A DNA stretch of 64,000 nucleotides from Camelus ferus (Eukaryota). The notes below the pieces were generated by a model. That model saw nothing but the letters and a program-made list of their open reading frames with translations. It ran no database searches and had not been told where the DNA came from. The stretch's first letter is position 1. Each line of letters opens with the position of its first letter. This document shows, piece after piece, positions 26,405-38,770 of this stretch. The stretch covers positions 76,200,001 through 76,264,000 of the forward strand of contig NC_045697.1 in the NCBI RefSeq assembly GCF_009834535.1. The letters run 5' to 3'. Position numbers and translations under genes: made by a program.

Positions 26405-26937
26405 ACTCGTCTGGTTGTTAGTGACAGAAACCCATCCCCATTACAGGCTTATGAAGTTGGAACGTCCAAGATTAGAGCAGCATTTAGTCACTGCGCAGAC
26501 ATGCAGATAGTGTCATCCATCGAGAGTCTGTCCTTCCCTATCTCTCAGCTTCGTGTTCTCCTGCGCTGGCCTCATTCCTGGTCTGGTTCTCTCCTTAAGA
26601 TTAATGTGGCTACTGTCAACACCAGGCTTACCCTACCAGATTAGCACACTAACAGAAGGAGAGTATCTCTCTCATAACAGGCCCAGCAAAAGTCTTGGGA
26701 GTATATCTTATTGGTCCAGAGTGGGTCACATGCCCACCCCCAAATCATTTACTGTGGACAGCAGGATGGACTGCTCTGACTGGCCAGGTTTGGAGCATAT
26801 GCCCATCTGTGGACTGAGGTTGGGGTCAACTTCAGTGTATCCTGATGGACTGTGAGAAGGGGAGAGGCGGTCTCCCAAGAGAAAATCAGGGAAATGGCAA
26901 AAAGGGAAATGGATCCTGAACAGGAAAAAACAACAAA
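26405..26937 (-). mobile_element. MLT1K/J-like MaLR LTR
   Basis: 'tctggttgttagtgacagaaaccc', 'gggtcacatgcccacccc', 'ctctgactggccagg', 'cccaagagaaaatcaggg'. Confidence 0.8.
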
Positions 26938-28295
26938 AGAGTACAGTAACTTTTTAGTTACCAATTCCCATAATCTAAAATATGATAATTTAGCAAAGCC
27001 CTAAATTTTAATAGTGTTAATAGAGAAAATGTTATTTAAAAAATCAGTACCATAAGTAAATTTACAAACTTATTTTTAGCCTACAGAACAAGCTTTTAAA
27101 ATAATGGTAATAAATTGTCTTTAGTCATTAAGACATTAATTAACTCATTCATTCTTGAAACTCCTTTTGAATGTTTAGCCAGACGTTGTGCTAAATCCTG
27201 CAGGTACAGATCCTTTAAGATTAGGTACAGGTTCTAGTTGGCATCAATCTCCCACATGTTAAAGCTGTTGAAGTAAGAGCTCTTACTTGGTAACTGGATA
27301 GAAATTTCAGTTGTGCCTTATACTGGAGGGTAGTGTAACTAAATTTTTTAAAAATGTATGTGGTAAAAAGTATTTTGTTAACTTAGCATTTTTAATTGAT
27401 TCATCTTGGCCTTGCTTTTAGTTAAGCCAAATTAGTAATTTGACCAAATGGTGTATTTCTTAAGCTTCTTATGTCTCAGGAGTTCAAGATGACCATATAA
27501 AAAGGCAAAAATTCTTATATCATTTATGCTTCTTTCATGGTGATTAAGCTATGATAGGCGATCGCACCTCCTAGCATAACTGATCTTTTTGATGATCGAT
27601 CTCTACTCTGTGGCGAGTCCTTTTATTTTTGAACCAGTTATGCCCAAACAAAGGCTGTCTTTCTTGTTTCAATTATAGTAAATACTCACATTATTTATTA
27701 GGGGAGGATTATGTAACATTTAAATGAAGGCCCCAATCCATAAAATACCTGTCACAGATGAAAAACATGTACGTGGGTAAGCATAATGCATTCATTTGTA
27801 GGCTATGGATCGGCTCTCCCTCAAGGAATGTTATAAATCCACGCGGTGTCCCTGGGCGACGGGGCTAGCCGCAGCATCTGAAGCTGTAGCAGCCAACGTG
27901 GCCCAGGAGCTCCCCGCTGGCTGCACATCTGAACAGCTTCAAAAGTACAAGTTTCCCCATCAAAGGTTTGGAATAAATTACACTAAAAAATTGGCTCCAG
28001 AAAGAGTTATTTTGGATAGGACAAGGTGAAGCTCTCATGAGGTGTGTTAAATGAATCCCTTCTGTGCTGTGGGTGTCTGCGGGATGGTTGGTGAGGGTGG
28101 TTAGAGGCTGTGGGGGAAGTGGGGGAATCTAACCCCACACACGCTTGGGCACAAATGCCAAATCTACTGACTGGACAAGGGTTTTGAACATTCAGTTTCT
28201 TAATAAACAGCTTTATGACTTAATATGAACATGTATCTTATGAAAGACTGATCTTTTTCCTGAGACTTTGTTTTCCAAAGAATGTCTTTTCCCGT

Positions 28296-29194
28296 CAGCG
28301 GAGTGCTGGAGCCAGCTAGTACCAGCTGACGAGAGCTGATTGTTAAGTCTGTAGGAATTTTGTGAGCGAGTTGTTACACACGGACGCTATTAAAAATTAA
28401 ATTATATAAACTTACAATTTTATAAGGTATGTTAAAAACAGAGGTAGAAAATACCCCAGACTTACCACTTCCCCATTATTTTACTACTTTTCAATATGAC
28501 TTCGACTCTTGAGGTCACTTTCATCTGTCACACTATACGGTGGACATGGCATGTAGTGGTGGGCACAGTGGGTGTGTCATACAGGCTTGTGCTGCTGCGT
28601 TCTCTTTACAGCCCCACCTTCAGTGACATCACGGAGGGATTATTTACATCATGGAAACTGACTACAAATCAGGGTTTGATTTATCATTCTATTGATTACC
28701 TAGACCTAGGAAAGTGATGGAAAAGATGTGATTAATGCATATTAAATTCAGTCATGTGTCATGCCTGTAGCCATTACATTGTGAGTAGCCCCCAAATTGA
28801 AGAAATATTCTTCCAGTATTCAAACACTATTATCTAATTCAACAAAGAAGTTGCTTACATCATCAATGAACAAGTGTTATTCTGATATATGTCTTTGTTG
28901 TTTATTACTCCTTAATACACATGAAAATATTAATTAGCCTACTGTGGGAATTACACCTGTGTGGTAATTGCAACCATAAGTTGTCTAAGAACACGAGAGT
29001 TAGATAAAAATCAAGGAAAGCATTCTGTAAGAAATCAATTGACTACACAGAATTTATAATAGAGGTTTGTATATTTTACTTTTTTATAAATTGTAGCCAC
29101 ACATTCTTTATACTGGTAAAATTTATACTAAACTTATGCATACATTTTTTTTCCCTGGAGAGCTGATTGTTAAACTTTTTCTAGCATGCCACTG
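28296..29194 (+). mobile_element. MER63 (hAT-Blackjack) long non-autonomous element
   Basis: TIRs 'cagcggagtgctgg' ... 'ctagcatgccactg'; internal 'gagagctgattgttaa', 'attaaaaattaaattatataaacttacaatt' diagnostic of MER63. Confidence 0.85.
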
Positions 29195-29994
29195 CCCACA
29201 AATAAAGTTGTTTCCTACTTCTGTTTGGAATTTTCCTCTGTTTTCCCAGAGCCAAAGTTTCTTCTGTGTTAGATCCTGCAGGAGGTGCTAGGGCACAAGT
29301 GAGGGACAAAGGTATCTGACCTGCTTGAGATGGCTCTCGGGACCCCCACAAAATGAACTACAGCTCTGCCAGAAGAGATGAAAAAACAGGCAGTCTTTCT
29401 AGCCATCCCTCTGCAGGCCTTAAGTGTGGATCTTATTCATCAGAAGACTACATAAAACTGTCTTCTTATTGCATTGTTTTTCTCTGTTACTCGGAACCAT
29501 GGAGCCATATTCAATCTCCCAATACATGCTTCAGACCCTTTGCAGTTTGATGACCTCTTATCCCTCCTTTTTTGTGCATCCCACCCCCAGCTTAACAGTC
29601 TGGTATCTGCTGATGCCACCAGCTCTGGCCCACCTCATGTGAGCCGGGCTGCTGCACCACTCCCCACTCCCACCACCCAGGGAGGGTAATCTCGAAGCCT
29701 GCTGGTGGGTAGTGATGATTTCAGAGGTAGGGGCTCTTTGGACCCCATTTTATCAGTGGCTTCTCCAGAGACAGTAACCCCAGGGACAATGGCAGGGAAA
29801 GGAGAAACATGGTGGTGGCCACATGGTAGCTGACATGCTGGTTTGTGACCCATTTGAGGTGCCCTTTGGGTTAGTCTAAGTATCAGGGTGGACCTTGGTG
29901 TTTAGAGGGAAAATGGACAAGATTTTATACTTTCAGGGCATGTTCCAGCATTCACAGATGTTTCAAAATGGTCTCGCCATGATAACAACTCCTG

Positions 29995-30150
29995 AACAGA
30001 GGCGAGATTGTCTGGGCCACTGGGAAAAGACTTGGAGTCCGGGGACCTTGTTCTACTCCCTGCTACTGATGAGCCCTTTGGCCTGAGACAGGTTATTTTA
30101 CTTCCCTGGGACTTAGATTTCTATAAAATGATCCATGGTTTCCAGTAGTA
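29995..30150 (+). mobile_element. MIR fragment
   Basis: 'gacttggagtccggggaccttgttcta..ttatttacttccctgggacttagatttc'. Confidence 0.55.
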
Positions 30151-32684
30151 AAGGTCTCTTCAAACTCTGTCATCCTATGACTCTCTGTCTCTTGTTCAAC
30201 AGAGAAAATGAAGCACACATCTTTGGTCAAAAAGTCAAGGGTAGAGTCTCACATATTGGTCATATCAATTCTTTGATTTCTAGGCCTCAAATCTTTTATG
30301 GCAGTAGGCATAAATCATAAATAATTCCAGGCTACTACTCCCAGATTTCTTAGAAGGATCAGAGCACTGACATTCTCTGGCAGATGAAAAAAGAAATTCA
30401 ATTATCTGGAATTTAAAGAAAAAAGAATATTCTCTCTTGTTGAAAATCTTTCTGAAGGGCAGTAGCAGTTTTTCTTGCTTTAGTAAGAACAGAGAACATA
30501 GCAGTATTTCTTCCATCATCACAGCTCTGTTCTGCTTCAGGATTAAGATTCTGAATACGAATGCATTCGGTATTGTATGCTCTGCCTGCAGAAGATTTAA
30601 GAGATTGGCCTGAGTATGTACTGTCTTAAGTGTACATGGAGATATTTTTATCAATCATATCTGTGGTTTCTGTGAGTCACTTCAAGTTTATATGTTTCTC
30701 ATATAATTGGGATCACCAAAGATGTCTAAGCATTTGTTCCATTTCATTGAGTTCATTAAGGCTCTAGATGTTTAAAGAATTTAGAAGCATAAAACGTTTT
30801 GTACATGATCCTGGGTATTGGGGGCTTTTTGTGCGTTCTTAGGTAGGAAATGGAACTGACAATCATCATTCCCAAGCAGCCAACTACCGGACCAACCAAA
30901 GAAACCAAATCTCTCTCCCCGCCTCCACAGTTACATTCCTGTCAAATGCAAGACATTTCTTTTTCCGTCTAGTGTTGCTCTCTTGATACAGGCAAGTCCT
31001 GATTGTCTCTGTGTCGTTTGCTCATTTCATCAATTATCCGAATAACTTACTACTTCTCTTGCCTACCTGTTAGCACCTTTGTCCATAATGAGAAAAGGTG
31101 TCAAACTAGTTCACTTGGCTATACGTTAGCAGTTCTTGCATTAGTTTTAATAGAGAGAAGGTTGAAACGAATGGATAAAATGAAGACTTTGCATTATTCC
31201 TGAATTTCAGTTATTTTGTGTCGGCCCTAACCCATGTTTCTACAGGTATTTGAAAAGTTATTTTCACGTCTGTACTTTCAGATTTTTAAGATCACTTTGT
31301 TAAATGTCAGAGACCCAGCCTTGCGAGATGGTGGCAGGACTGTTATTTTGCTCTGCCTCCTGGCTTCATTGTAGGTAATAAATCAATAGTAACTCTTTTG
31401 AGTCTTTCACCTTCTTTTTTTTTCTAAATAATTTTCACTGTGGAAAAGTTTAGATAGAAATATATCTCTCCATCTATATCATGTGTATTTTTTTTGTGAA
31501 AAGGGTAATGGAATACAGAATTGCCATACATGGGTTATTCCCGCTATGAATTAGTCTCTTTTATCTGTCTCTGACCAAAACAGATGTTGGCAGCCTTTCT
31601 ATCCCAGCTCTCTAAGTCAGACTAAGACTATCAGTTCCGCTTAGGAAAGCTGTAGGGAAATGATTTAACTCTTTCAATAAACCCTTACTAGTTTTTCCCT
31701 TGGTTCCTTTTTATTATAAACTACAAACAAAATTAGAATGCATCTTTATGCAGCAATAAAAGAAAAATAGTAATATTAAAAATACATCAGTACAGCTCTA
31801 GAGGGAAGTGAATTTTTATTCAAGGACTTTCAAGAATTCTGACATTGGAAAGACGTCTTTGCTTGAGGAGGCAGCTAAATGTGTTTCCAACTTAGAGTCA
31901 AGTTCATTTGCATAGAATACCAAAAGAGCCTTTTTTTTTTTTTAATTCAGAAAAACAAGTATCTATTAGTATGGCAGGATGCATCTTGCTAGGATTCTAC
32001 TCTTTTCTGTAGAAACTGACAATTTAAAAAAGTCATTCTGTGATTGGTGCCACAGTAAAGCTCTTGTACCAGGATTCTGTGACAAAATGTAAATTAAAGG
32101 AATGTGAGAAATGGAGAGACTAGAAGGGAAAGAAAGGATCAAAGGGTGAGGAAGGAAGGGGAGATTATTAGAAAACAATGTTTGAAAAACACATAGCAGT
32201 CCAAGAATTCATCATGGAAGGAAACAATCTCTTTAGGTTTTAAGTTAAAAAATACTCTGTAAGTTACCAAATAAAGACATTAAACATTTTCCAGACCGTG
32301 CAAACGAAAGAGGAAAAAAAGAAAATGATTTCTTAGACTCTAGGTAGTTTCAAAGAATTGATCTCACTTAATTCTCACAATTATCCTATGCAGTGGGTAA
32401 TTCTGTCATTATGCTTTCATAGAGTTCCCATGCCAGGGCAGCTGTGCGTTAGACTCCCAGGTCACTGGTTTTGTGGAATAATGCTTCTGTTGGCCCATTC
32501 CCTCCCCTCTAACCCTTCTAGGAATATTGGAAATACAGGGCAGGAAGAGCCTTGAGCTTTCTTGCCTGAACCCTTCCAACAAAGTCATCAAACTCTAAGC
32601 ATAACTAAAGATGCAGTTAGTCACCATTCACCAGCAAATGGCATCTGGAAATTGGGATTCTCCAGACTGCTAAAGTAAAAGCTA

Positions 32685-32900
32685 AGATTTATTGACACAC
32701 TTACCATACGCCAGGCGCTATGTTAAACCCTTCACATACATTACCTGATTTAATCCTTTCAGCAGCCTACAAGGTGGGTGCTATATATTTTTTCCTTCTT
32801 TTCAGAAACTGAGAGTATAGAGGTTGTTAGTCATCTGATATCACACAGCCAGTAAGTGGCAAAATCTGGCCTTTTTTATTACAGAACTGGAATTCCTAAC
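32685..32900 (-). mobile_element. MIR SINE
   Basis: 'tttattgacacacttaccatacgccaggc..tttaatcct..gaaactgag..tcacacagccagtaagtggca'. Confidence 0.85.
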
Positions 32901-33217
32901 ACTCTCATCTCAAAACTTAGCTCTGTTGGATGTTGTCCTTCGTTTCCCTCTCAGTCCCTCTCCCCTTCTCCAGGAACCTCAACACAGAACTCGGAGGTGG
33001 CTCTCCTCCACCACAGCCCCTGTCTCTAGCAGGTGTGCTGTGTGACATGAGAAACTTCACAGAGAAGCACTTCCTGCTTGTGGTAGGTGATGGCCAAACC
33101 GTGACTTGCTGATCATGAAAGGGCCTCCAAACATCAGAGAAGTCACGGATGGCAGAAGAACACTGACTTGTCCAGGTCACACAGTGCTTCCTCCGCACCA
33201 TCTAAACTGAAGGACTT

Positions 33218-33377
33218 GGGGGAGGGCGTAGCTTAGTAGTAAGAGTGCATGTTTAGCATGTACGAGGTCATGGGTTCGATCCTCAGTACCTCCATTAGAT
33301 TAAAAATAAACAAACCTCATTGCCTCCTCCCCCAAAACAAAACAAAACAAAGACAAACAAACAAACAAGAAAACAAG
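33218..33377 (+). mobile_element. tRNA-Ala(AGC)-derived SINE (camelid vic-1 type)
   Basis: Body 'gggggagggcgtagcttagtagtaagagtgcatgtttagcatgtacgaggtcatgggttcgatcctcagtacctcca' aligns with tRNA-Ala-AGC (A box; B box ggttcgatcc); (CAAAA)n tail; TSD taaa(c/a)tgaaggactt at 33203-33217 and 33378-33392. Confidence 0.9.
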
Positions 33378-34344
33378 TAAAATGAAGGACTTAACCAGAA
33401 ACAGGAGAAGCACTTCTGATTCCCCTGGAGATGACGAGAAAGCAAAAAATTAGGTATCTTTAGATGAGGTGGTTGGTGACAGAGGGAGAGAGTAGTGAGT
33501 CTTCTAGGTTCTCGACTAAGAGTACATCACGTGCTTCTAAGAGTACAGAGGAGGCTGGATCAGTCTGTAAGGAGTTATGGCCACGTTAATTGTATGGTTA
33601 GCACCATGCTGGTGGCTCTGATCACTCTACAACGATGAGCAGTTATCACATGTTCATCACACAGATTATATTATATTTTGTATTGGACATGAAAATGGCC
33701 AAAAGTAATGAAATTCATTGCAGGATGGCCTCTGGAGTATTTTTGGCATATGAACACCATTTTAGCTGTGTCACAAAGGGCTTGGGATTGTGTATCAGGA
33801 GGTCATAATTAGAGAAACCAGAGGTAAATACAGGTACCTGAAGTGGGTGCTAATTAATCACAGGGACCTGGATTTGACTCAGGGTAGAATCAAGGCTTCT
33901 GATTTCTAAAACAAATCAATTCTTCAGCCTCTTCCCATCGTACTGAAAGGTCGGGCTGTTTCTCTGGCACGGCATGTTTTGAGCCTGCTACAGAGCTGTC
34001 GGTCAGCAAGACTCTCCTGCGGGGTGAGTCCTGCCCACTGTCCTTTGAGCAGGCCACGTGTCCAGCACAGCTGTGCTGGCCCTTCAGGCAATTTGGATAA
34101 CATCTGTTCTGCCAGCACACTGACTAACTTCCATGCTGGGGACGTCATCACAGAGCAAACTGTTGCACATTTGTCACTAGATTGTTCTTTGTGTGTAGTC
34201 CTCTCATATTCCTGTAGCTGACGACAAAGCGTCATGTGTGTACAGAACAGCCGCTTCCTGATGACGGTACTAAAATTCAAATTCTCATTGACATCATGGG
34301 GTTTTGTTTTCCTAGAATTCCTCCCTCTTCTTTCCACAAGTAAG

Positions 34345-35075
34345 CCCCTGTTCTATTCTAGGGGCTGGGGATACAGCAGTGAATGAGACAGGAGATTGCA
34401 CTCTGGTGGGGGAGATGGACAATGAACAAAATAGTTTTCAAAGCAGACAAAATAGGGAATGTTTTAGAGAGCACTTGGAGCTTTACCTTAGAGGGCTGAT
34501 TGGGGGTGGCCTCTCTGAGGAGCCAGTGAGCCTGGAATGAGCACTCGGAGCCGGCCAGGAGGAGACCTGGCAGTGCACTGGGGGCAAAGAGAAGAAATGC
34601 ACAGTCCTGGGAGGAGAAGAGCCTGGCAGGTTCCTGGAACAGAAATGGGTGTGGACTCCGTGAATCTGGTGCAGAAGTAGGAAGTGAGACCAGAGAGGCA
34701 GGCAGGGCACAGATTATGTTGAACATCGGAGTCCCTGAGAAGGAGTTTAGATTTTGTTTTAAGTATCTTGAGAAACCACTGGCGACTTCTGAGTGGAGGG
34801 ATAACGTGATGTGATGGCTATTTCAAGAAGAGCACCAAGGCTGTTGCTGTGTGAGGGGGACAAGGATGGGAACAGGGCGACTAGATGGAAGTGGTTCTGG
34901 TGAGATGACAACGGCTTGGACCAGGGTGACAGCAGTGGTCGGATTTGAGACTGAAGATACAAGATCCATAGTGAAGATACTGAGATGGGAAGAGTGAGGA
35001 GGCTCACTTTCAGAGGTGGGGGGAGGGTGGAAGCCAGAGCTTTGTTTTGGCCATGACAGTATTGAGATGTCTACG
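34345..35075 (-). mobile_element. L2a/b 3' region
   Basis: 'ttctaggggctggggatacagcagtgaatgagacag', 'gaaggagtttagatttt', 'ggcttggaccagggt', 'gagctttgttttggccatg'. Confidence 0.85.
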
Positions 35076-35386
35076 GTAGGCAAGAGGAGAATTGGCTTGG
35101 AAGTCACTTCTGTGTGCCAGAAATTAAATTCAAATTCCTTTAAAAATAGGAAGCTACCTCAGTTACAGTAAAAATAAAAATATTAAAAAATCTCGGTGGA
35201 GTCTAGAAAATAAAAACTTGGGAAATGGCACTTTTAGAAGAGGAGAGTGGTTACACTATGTTATTACAGTTTATTGTATGAACATACATTTACGTATGAG
35301 GCACATAAAATCTGTGCTATATAAGCACAGATTACAAAAAGTAAGTCCTAAGACCTGGGCTCAGAGAACTCACAGCCTAGTGGACA

Positions 35387-35387
35387 G

Positions 35388-35420
<33 letters not shown>
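35387..35420. repeat. (CG)n(CA)n alternating purine-pyrimidine microsatellite
   Basis: 'gcacgcgcgcacacacacacacacacacacacac' seen directly. Confidence 0.9.
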
Positions 35421-35426
<6 letters not shown>

Positions 35427-36789
35427 ACATTTATTTGCGAGCTACTTCTCTGCCTTGTACTGGACGGAAGCTTTCCACTAAGTGTACATGTCATTTTCTT
35501 AGATGTCGAATGAGGAACAGATCCCGTGTCTAATCCTCCAGGTCACTAGAATCAGCCCCGGGGTCGGTGGGATGACATGCTGGAGGCAGTCTACTCTCGA
35601 ATGCTCACATGGTGTGCTAGAGCGTGGGAAAGGTATGTGCCTGTACCAGGGACCAAAGGAGCTCGCCAAGAGATCACAAACCTTTGCCTTGGGGCTGGGG
35701 AAGGCTTCACAGCAGAGGTGACACTTGAGATGCATCTGAAATGATGAGCATGAGTTTGTCAGTGGGCATGGGAAGAGTGGGAAGGTTGTTTCTACCAAAG
35801 GAGTTTCCAGACTGAGGGTGTGTCCTGGAGAAAGTCAGCCCAAAACATTTTTTTCATCTTTGAACACACTACCCAGCTGGACACATAGATCCAAGCGATC
35901 TTTACTAAGTCTGTTAAGCTACTCTTTTTACTTTCGAAATGTGCCACTGTCAGACTTCCAGTGTTTCATATATGCATTAAAAATCCCAGATCATTGTTAT
36001 TTATCTGACTTGTGGGGACACAAAACATATTTTCATTCAAAGCTTTGATTGAAGAATATTCTTCACACCCTCCCATCTCCTATCATAGACGAGATTAATG
36101 AAAATGGTGTATAAGTGGATTACTGTAGCATAACTATAACCTATTTCCTTTTATGTAAAACTCCAAAATGATAATTATAGGTAATTACTACAGTGTAAAC
36201 TTCAGTCTGTTCACCTTCTAACCTAAAGCAAGTTCATCTGGGAGTCACATACTGCAGATTGGTGCCTAGTTGCCTAGTTTTTAAACAGATGGGTGCTCTC
36301 CACACTTCTTTATCATTGCATTTGTAACAAAATACTTTTCAATCACTTCTTGGCTGCAGTTTGGAGTCACTGTCTCTTCCCATTACACCCCTTAATGCCA
36401 GTTTCTTCCTCTTCATTTTAATGACTCAGCACAGATGTTGGATTGAAGACTAGGAAAGAGATTACTAAAAACGGGGCTTTCCTAGTATTGATAGTAAAAT
36501 ATTTGCAAACCACTGCCCTGTTTATGTCACTTAGGCTGCCCCAGAATTCCTCCAGATATCTTGAAAATTGCATGGAGCAACATCATCACAGCCAACAAGG
36601 AGACAGGTTAGTTTGTAGGAAAGCACTGATCTTAGTCTAATTAGTCTCTAGAATTTCGTCAGTGCATGATAGATTGAATAGTAGTGGTTTCTCGGAGGCA
36701 GCAAATAATTTCTTTTCCTCTTCCCAGGTGAAAGGAAGATGAAAGTTGATTTTCTGCTGCCAACTTTAAGCATGCCTCCTGACCAGGAT

Positions 36790-36975
36790 TGTGTAAAAAT
36801 GTTTACTGAAAATATAAATGACTTTCCTTCAGCAAGTTACTCAAACTTTTCTGATTTCTCAAGCAGCTAAGTGAGGATATCTCTTTTATAGAGTTGGGGA
36901 GATTAAATTAGAGCACGTAGATGAAGAGTCAGGCAAACATCCTGGCACCATGAATGTACAGCACATGTTAATTAT
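36790..36975 (+). mobile_element. MIR fragment
   Basis: 'cttcagcaagttactcaaacttttctga..tagagttggggagattaaattag..cctggcac'. Confidence 0.65.
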
Positions 36976-37504
36976 TGGCCTGATTCCTCTTACCCAGAAG
37001 CCTCAGTAGGGCTGTTTTTATATGATGCTTCTGATTCCAAAATTCCCAAGTTAAATGATCCGATCCTTACAAGACATTAATATCGCCAGTGACCCACTTG
37101 ATCATTTACTTCTGTGATCTGAGTAACCTTGTGATGTTGTTTGGAATTGTGCTCATGTGGTCATCTTGTTATTTAAATGTCTGGACCAGTTTAATAGAAA
37201 TTAGGTTAGGACATACAATCTTCAGGTTTATGCTCTGTTTGAAAATTCAGTAAATTCTTGGGAGACTCACAGAGTTCCTCTAGCGCAAGATTATGATGAA
37301 TCTCTGAAATGGACGCGTTTCTATAGCCCCTTGCTTTCCTATAGTTATCTGTTTTGTCTGCAAAACTTGATGCAAGTAAGCCAAACTGAATTAAACATTT
37401 ATTTCTCATTCTATTGCTATTTTAAATAAGGATTTATTTTTAAAAAGTACTTAATCAGTGATGCATCTTACACTAATAAGGAATCCTAAAGCTGGACATT
37501 GAGT

Positions 37505-37631
37505 GGGGTGACGATGTGTTTCTACTTGCCCAGGACAGGCTCAGTTTATGCCTGTTGTCCTGTTGTAGTTATTGAGAGCACCCATTTTAAACTCAAAGTG
37601 GTCCCAGTATGTACAGTGAGTCGTTTGCCCC
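37505..37631. mobile_element. MER94/MER81-like hAT-Blackjack MITE
   Basis: 'ggggtgac..ttgcccaggacag..cagtttatgcctgttgtcc..ctcaaagtggtcccag'. Confidence 0.65.
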
Positions 37632-38599
37632 GGTTTTAACAATAGGTGGACTGCCCTGCAGTGGTCCACAGTGTCCCATCACTAGCTATGTGGTCTCTCA
37701 GGAGCTCCAGCCTTGCAGCTGAATTACAATGATTACATGGCATAGACCACTGAGGTTGCTCCCCAGTGGTCCACTATGAATAGTTGAATCCACAGATGTC
37801 AAGGATCTCCAGGATTTAAACACCCAAGGAGCCACATCTGTCCACCACTAAGCCCCCCATCTCGGATAGGATCCTGCAGTCTTTCAGCGGGCAGACCCCC
37901 ACTTCGTTCAGAAGATTTCACCAGTGTTTGAGGTTACTTCCTATCACCAAGTTTTTATGGCATCAGATCCCAGCCCAGGTAGTTCTTTTTTCTGCCCACA
38001 AGCTGTATTGTGACTCGAGTGTGTTTCTTAAAGCAATGAATATGTAACTCATTAAATGCCTTCAAGGAAAGGGAGACATAAGGATCTAATTTTATTGACT
38101 GACATGGACAGCAGAGACACACAGAGCCTGCTCACAATCCTTTGTAAACTTTGGATTCAGAGACACTTCTTCACCCCCTCCTGCCGTAGAGAGAGACGCC
38201 ATCACACATGTTTATTGACTGGCAGACGGCAGAGGTCTGTGGGCCATATGCATGCAAGGAGAACAACACGGACCTTGACAGGAGATGTTTCTTCTGAGCT
38301 CCATTTAGGAAAAATTTCTCTATCCAGGGCTGGTGTGGTCACATTGTTGATGCCAAATCAGCTGATGAGAAGAACGCAGTGGGCCATCCTGTGTACAGCT
38401 TACCCTCTGGGAAGGACTGTGTTCACACCAACTCAGAAATGCTGTCTCAAACAGCAACAAAAATTCCCGTTCCTGCTTAATAACACATTATGTTCTACGC
38501 AACATCTCACCTCAGTTTCATGCACTTTAATTTAATCCCCAAACTTCTTAATCTGGATGGGAATAGAGCAGGTGCTTATAGTTAATATAATACTAATGA

Positions 38600-38770
38600 A
38601 ACAAGAACAACAGCAAACATGTGGCCCTTACTCTGTGCCAGATGCTGGGTTCTAGCCTCTTACATATAGTAACAAATATAATCCTCACAAAAATCTAGTG
38701 AGGTCGGCACTGTTACTGTTGTTATTTTACAGGCAAGGAAACTGAGGCTCAGACTCTGGCTCCAGAGTCT
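38600..38770 (-). mobile_element. MIR SINE
   Basis: 'cttactctgtgccag..aatcctcacaa..ttttacaggcaaggaaactgaggctcaga'. Confidence 0.85.

Noticed and set aside
27805..28029. 74-aa ATG-initiated ORF just after a possible acceptor (tttgtag|GCTATG)
   Set aside because: Peptide not recognised; weak pyrimidine tract and no convincing donor.
33218..33296. Possible functional tRNA-Ala gene
   Set aside because: It has a SINE tail and TSD, plus substitutions in the D-loop and stems; it is a SINE.
38056..38535. 159-aa plus-strand ORF in unique sequence
   Set aside because: No recognisable domain, splice context or coding-like composition; probably chance.
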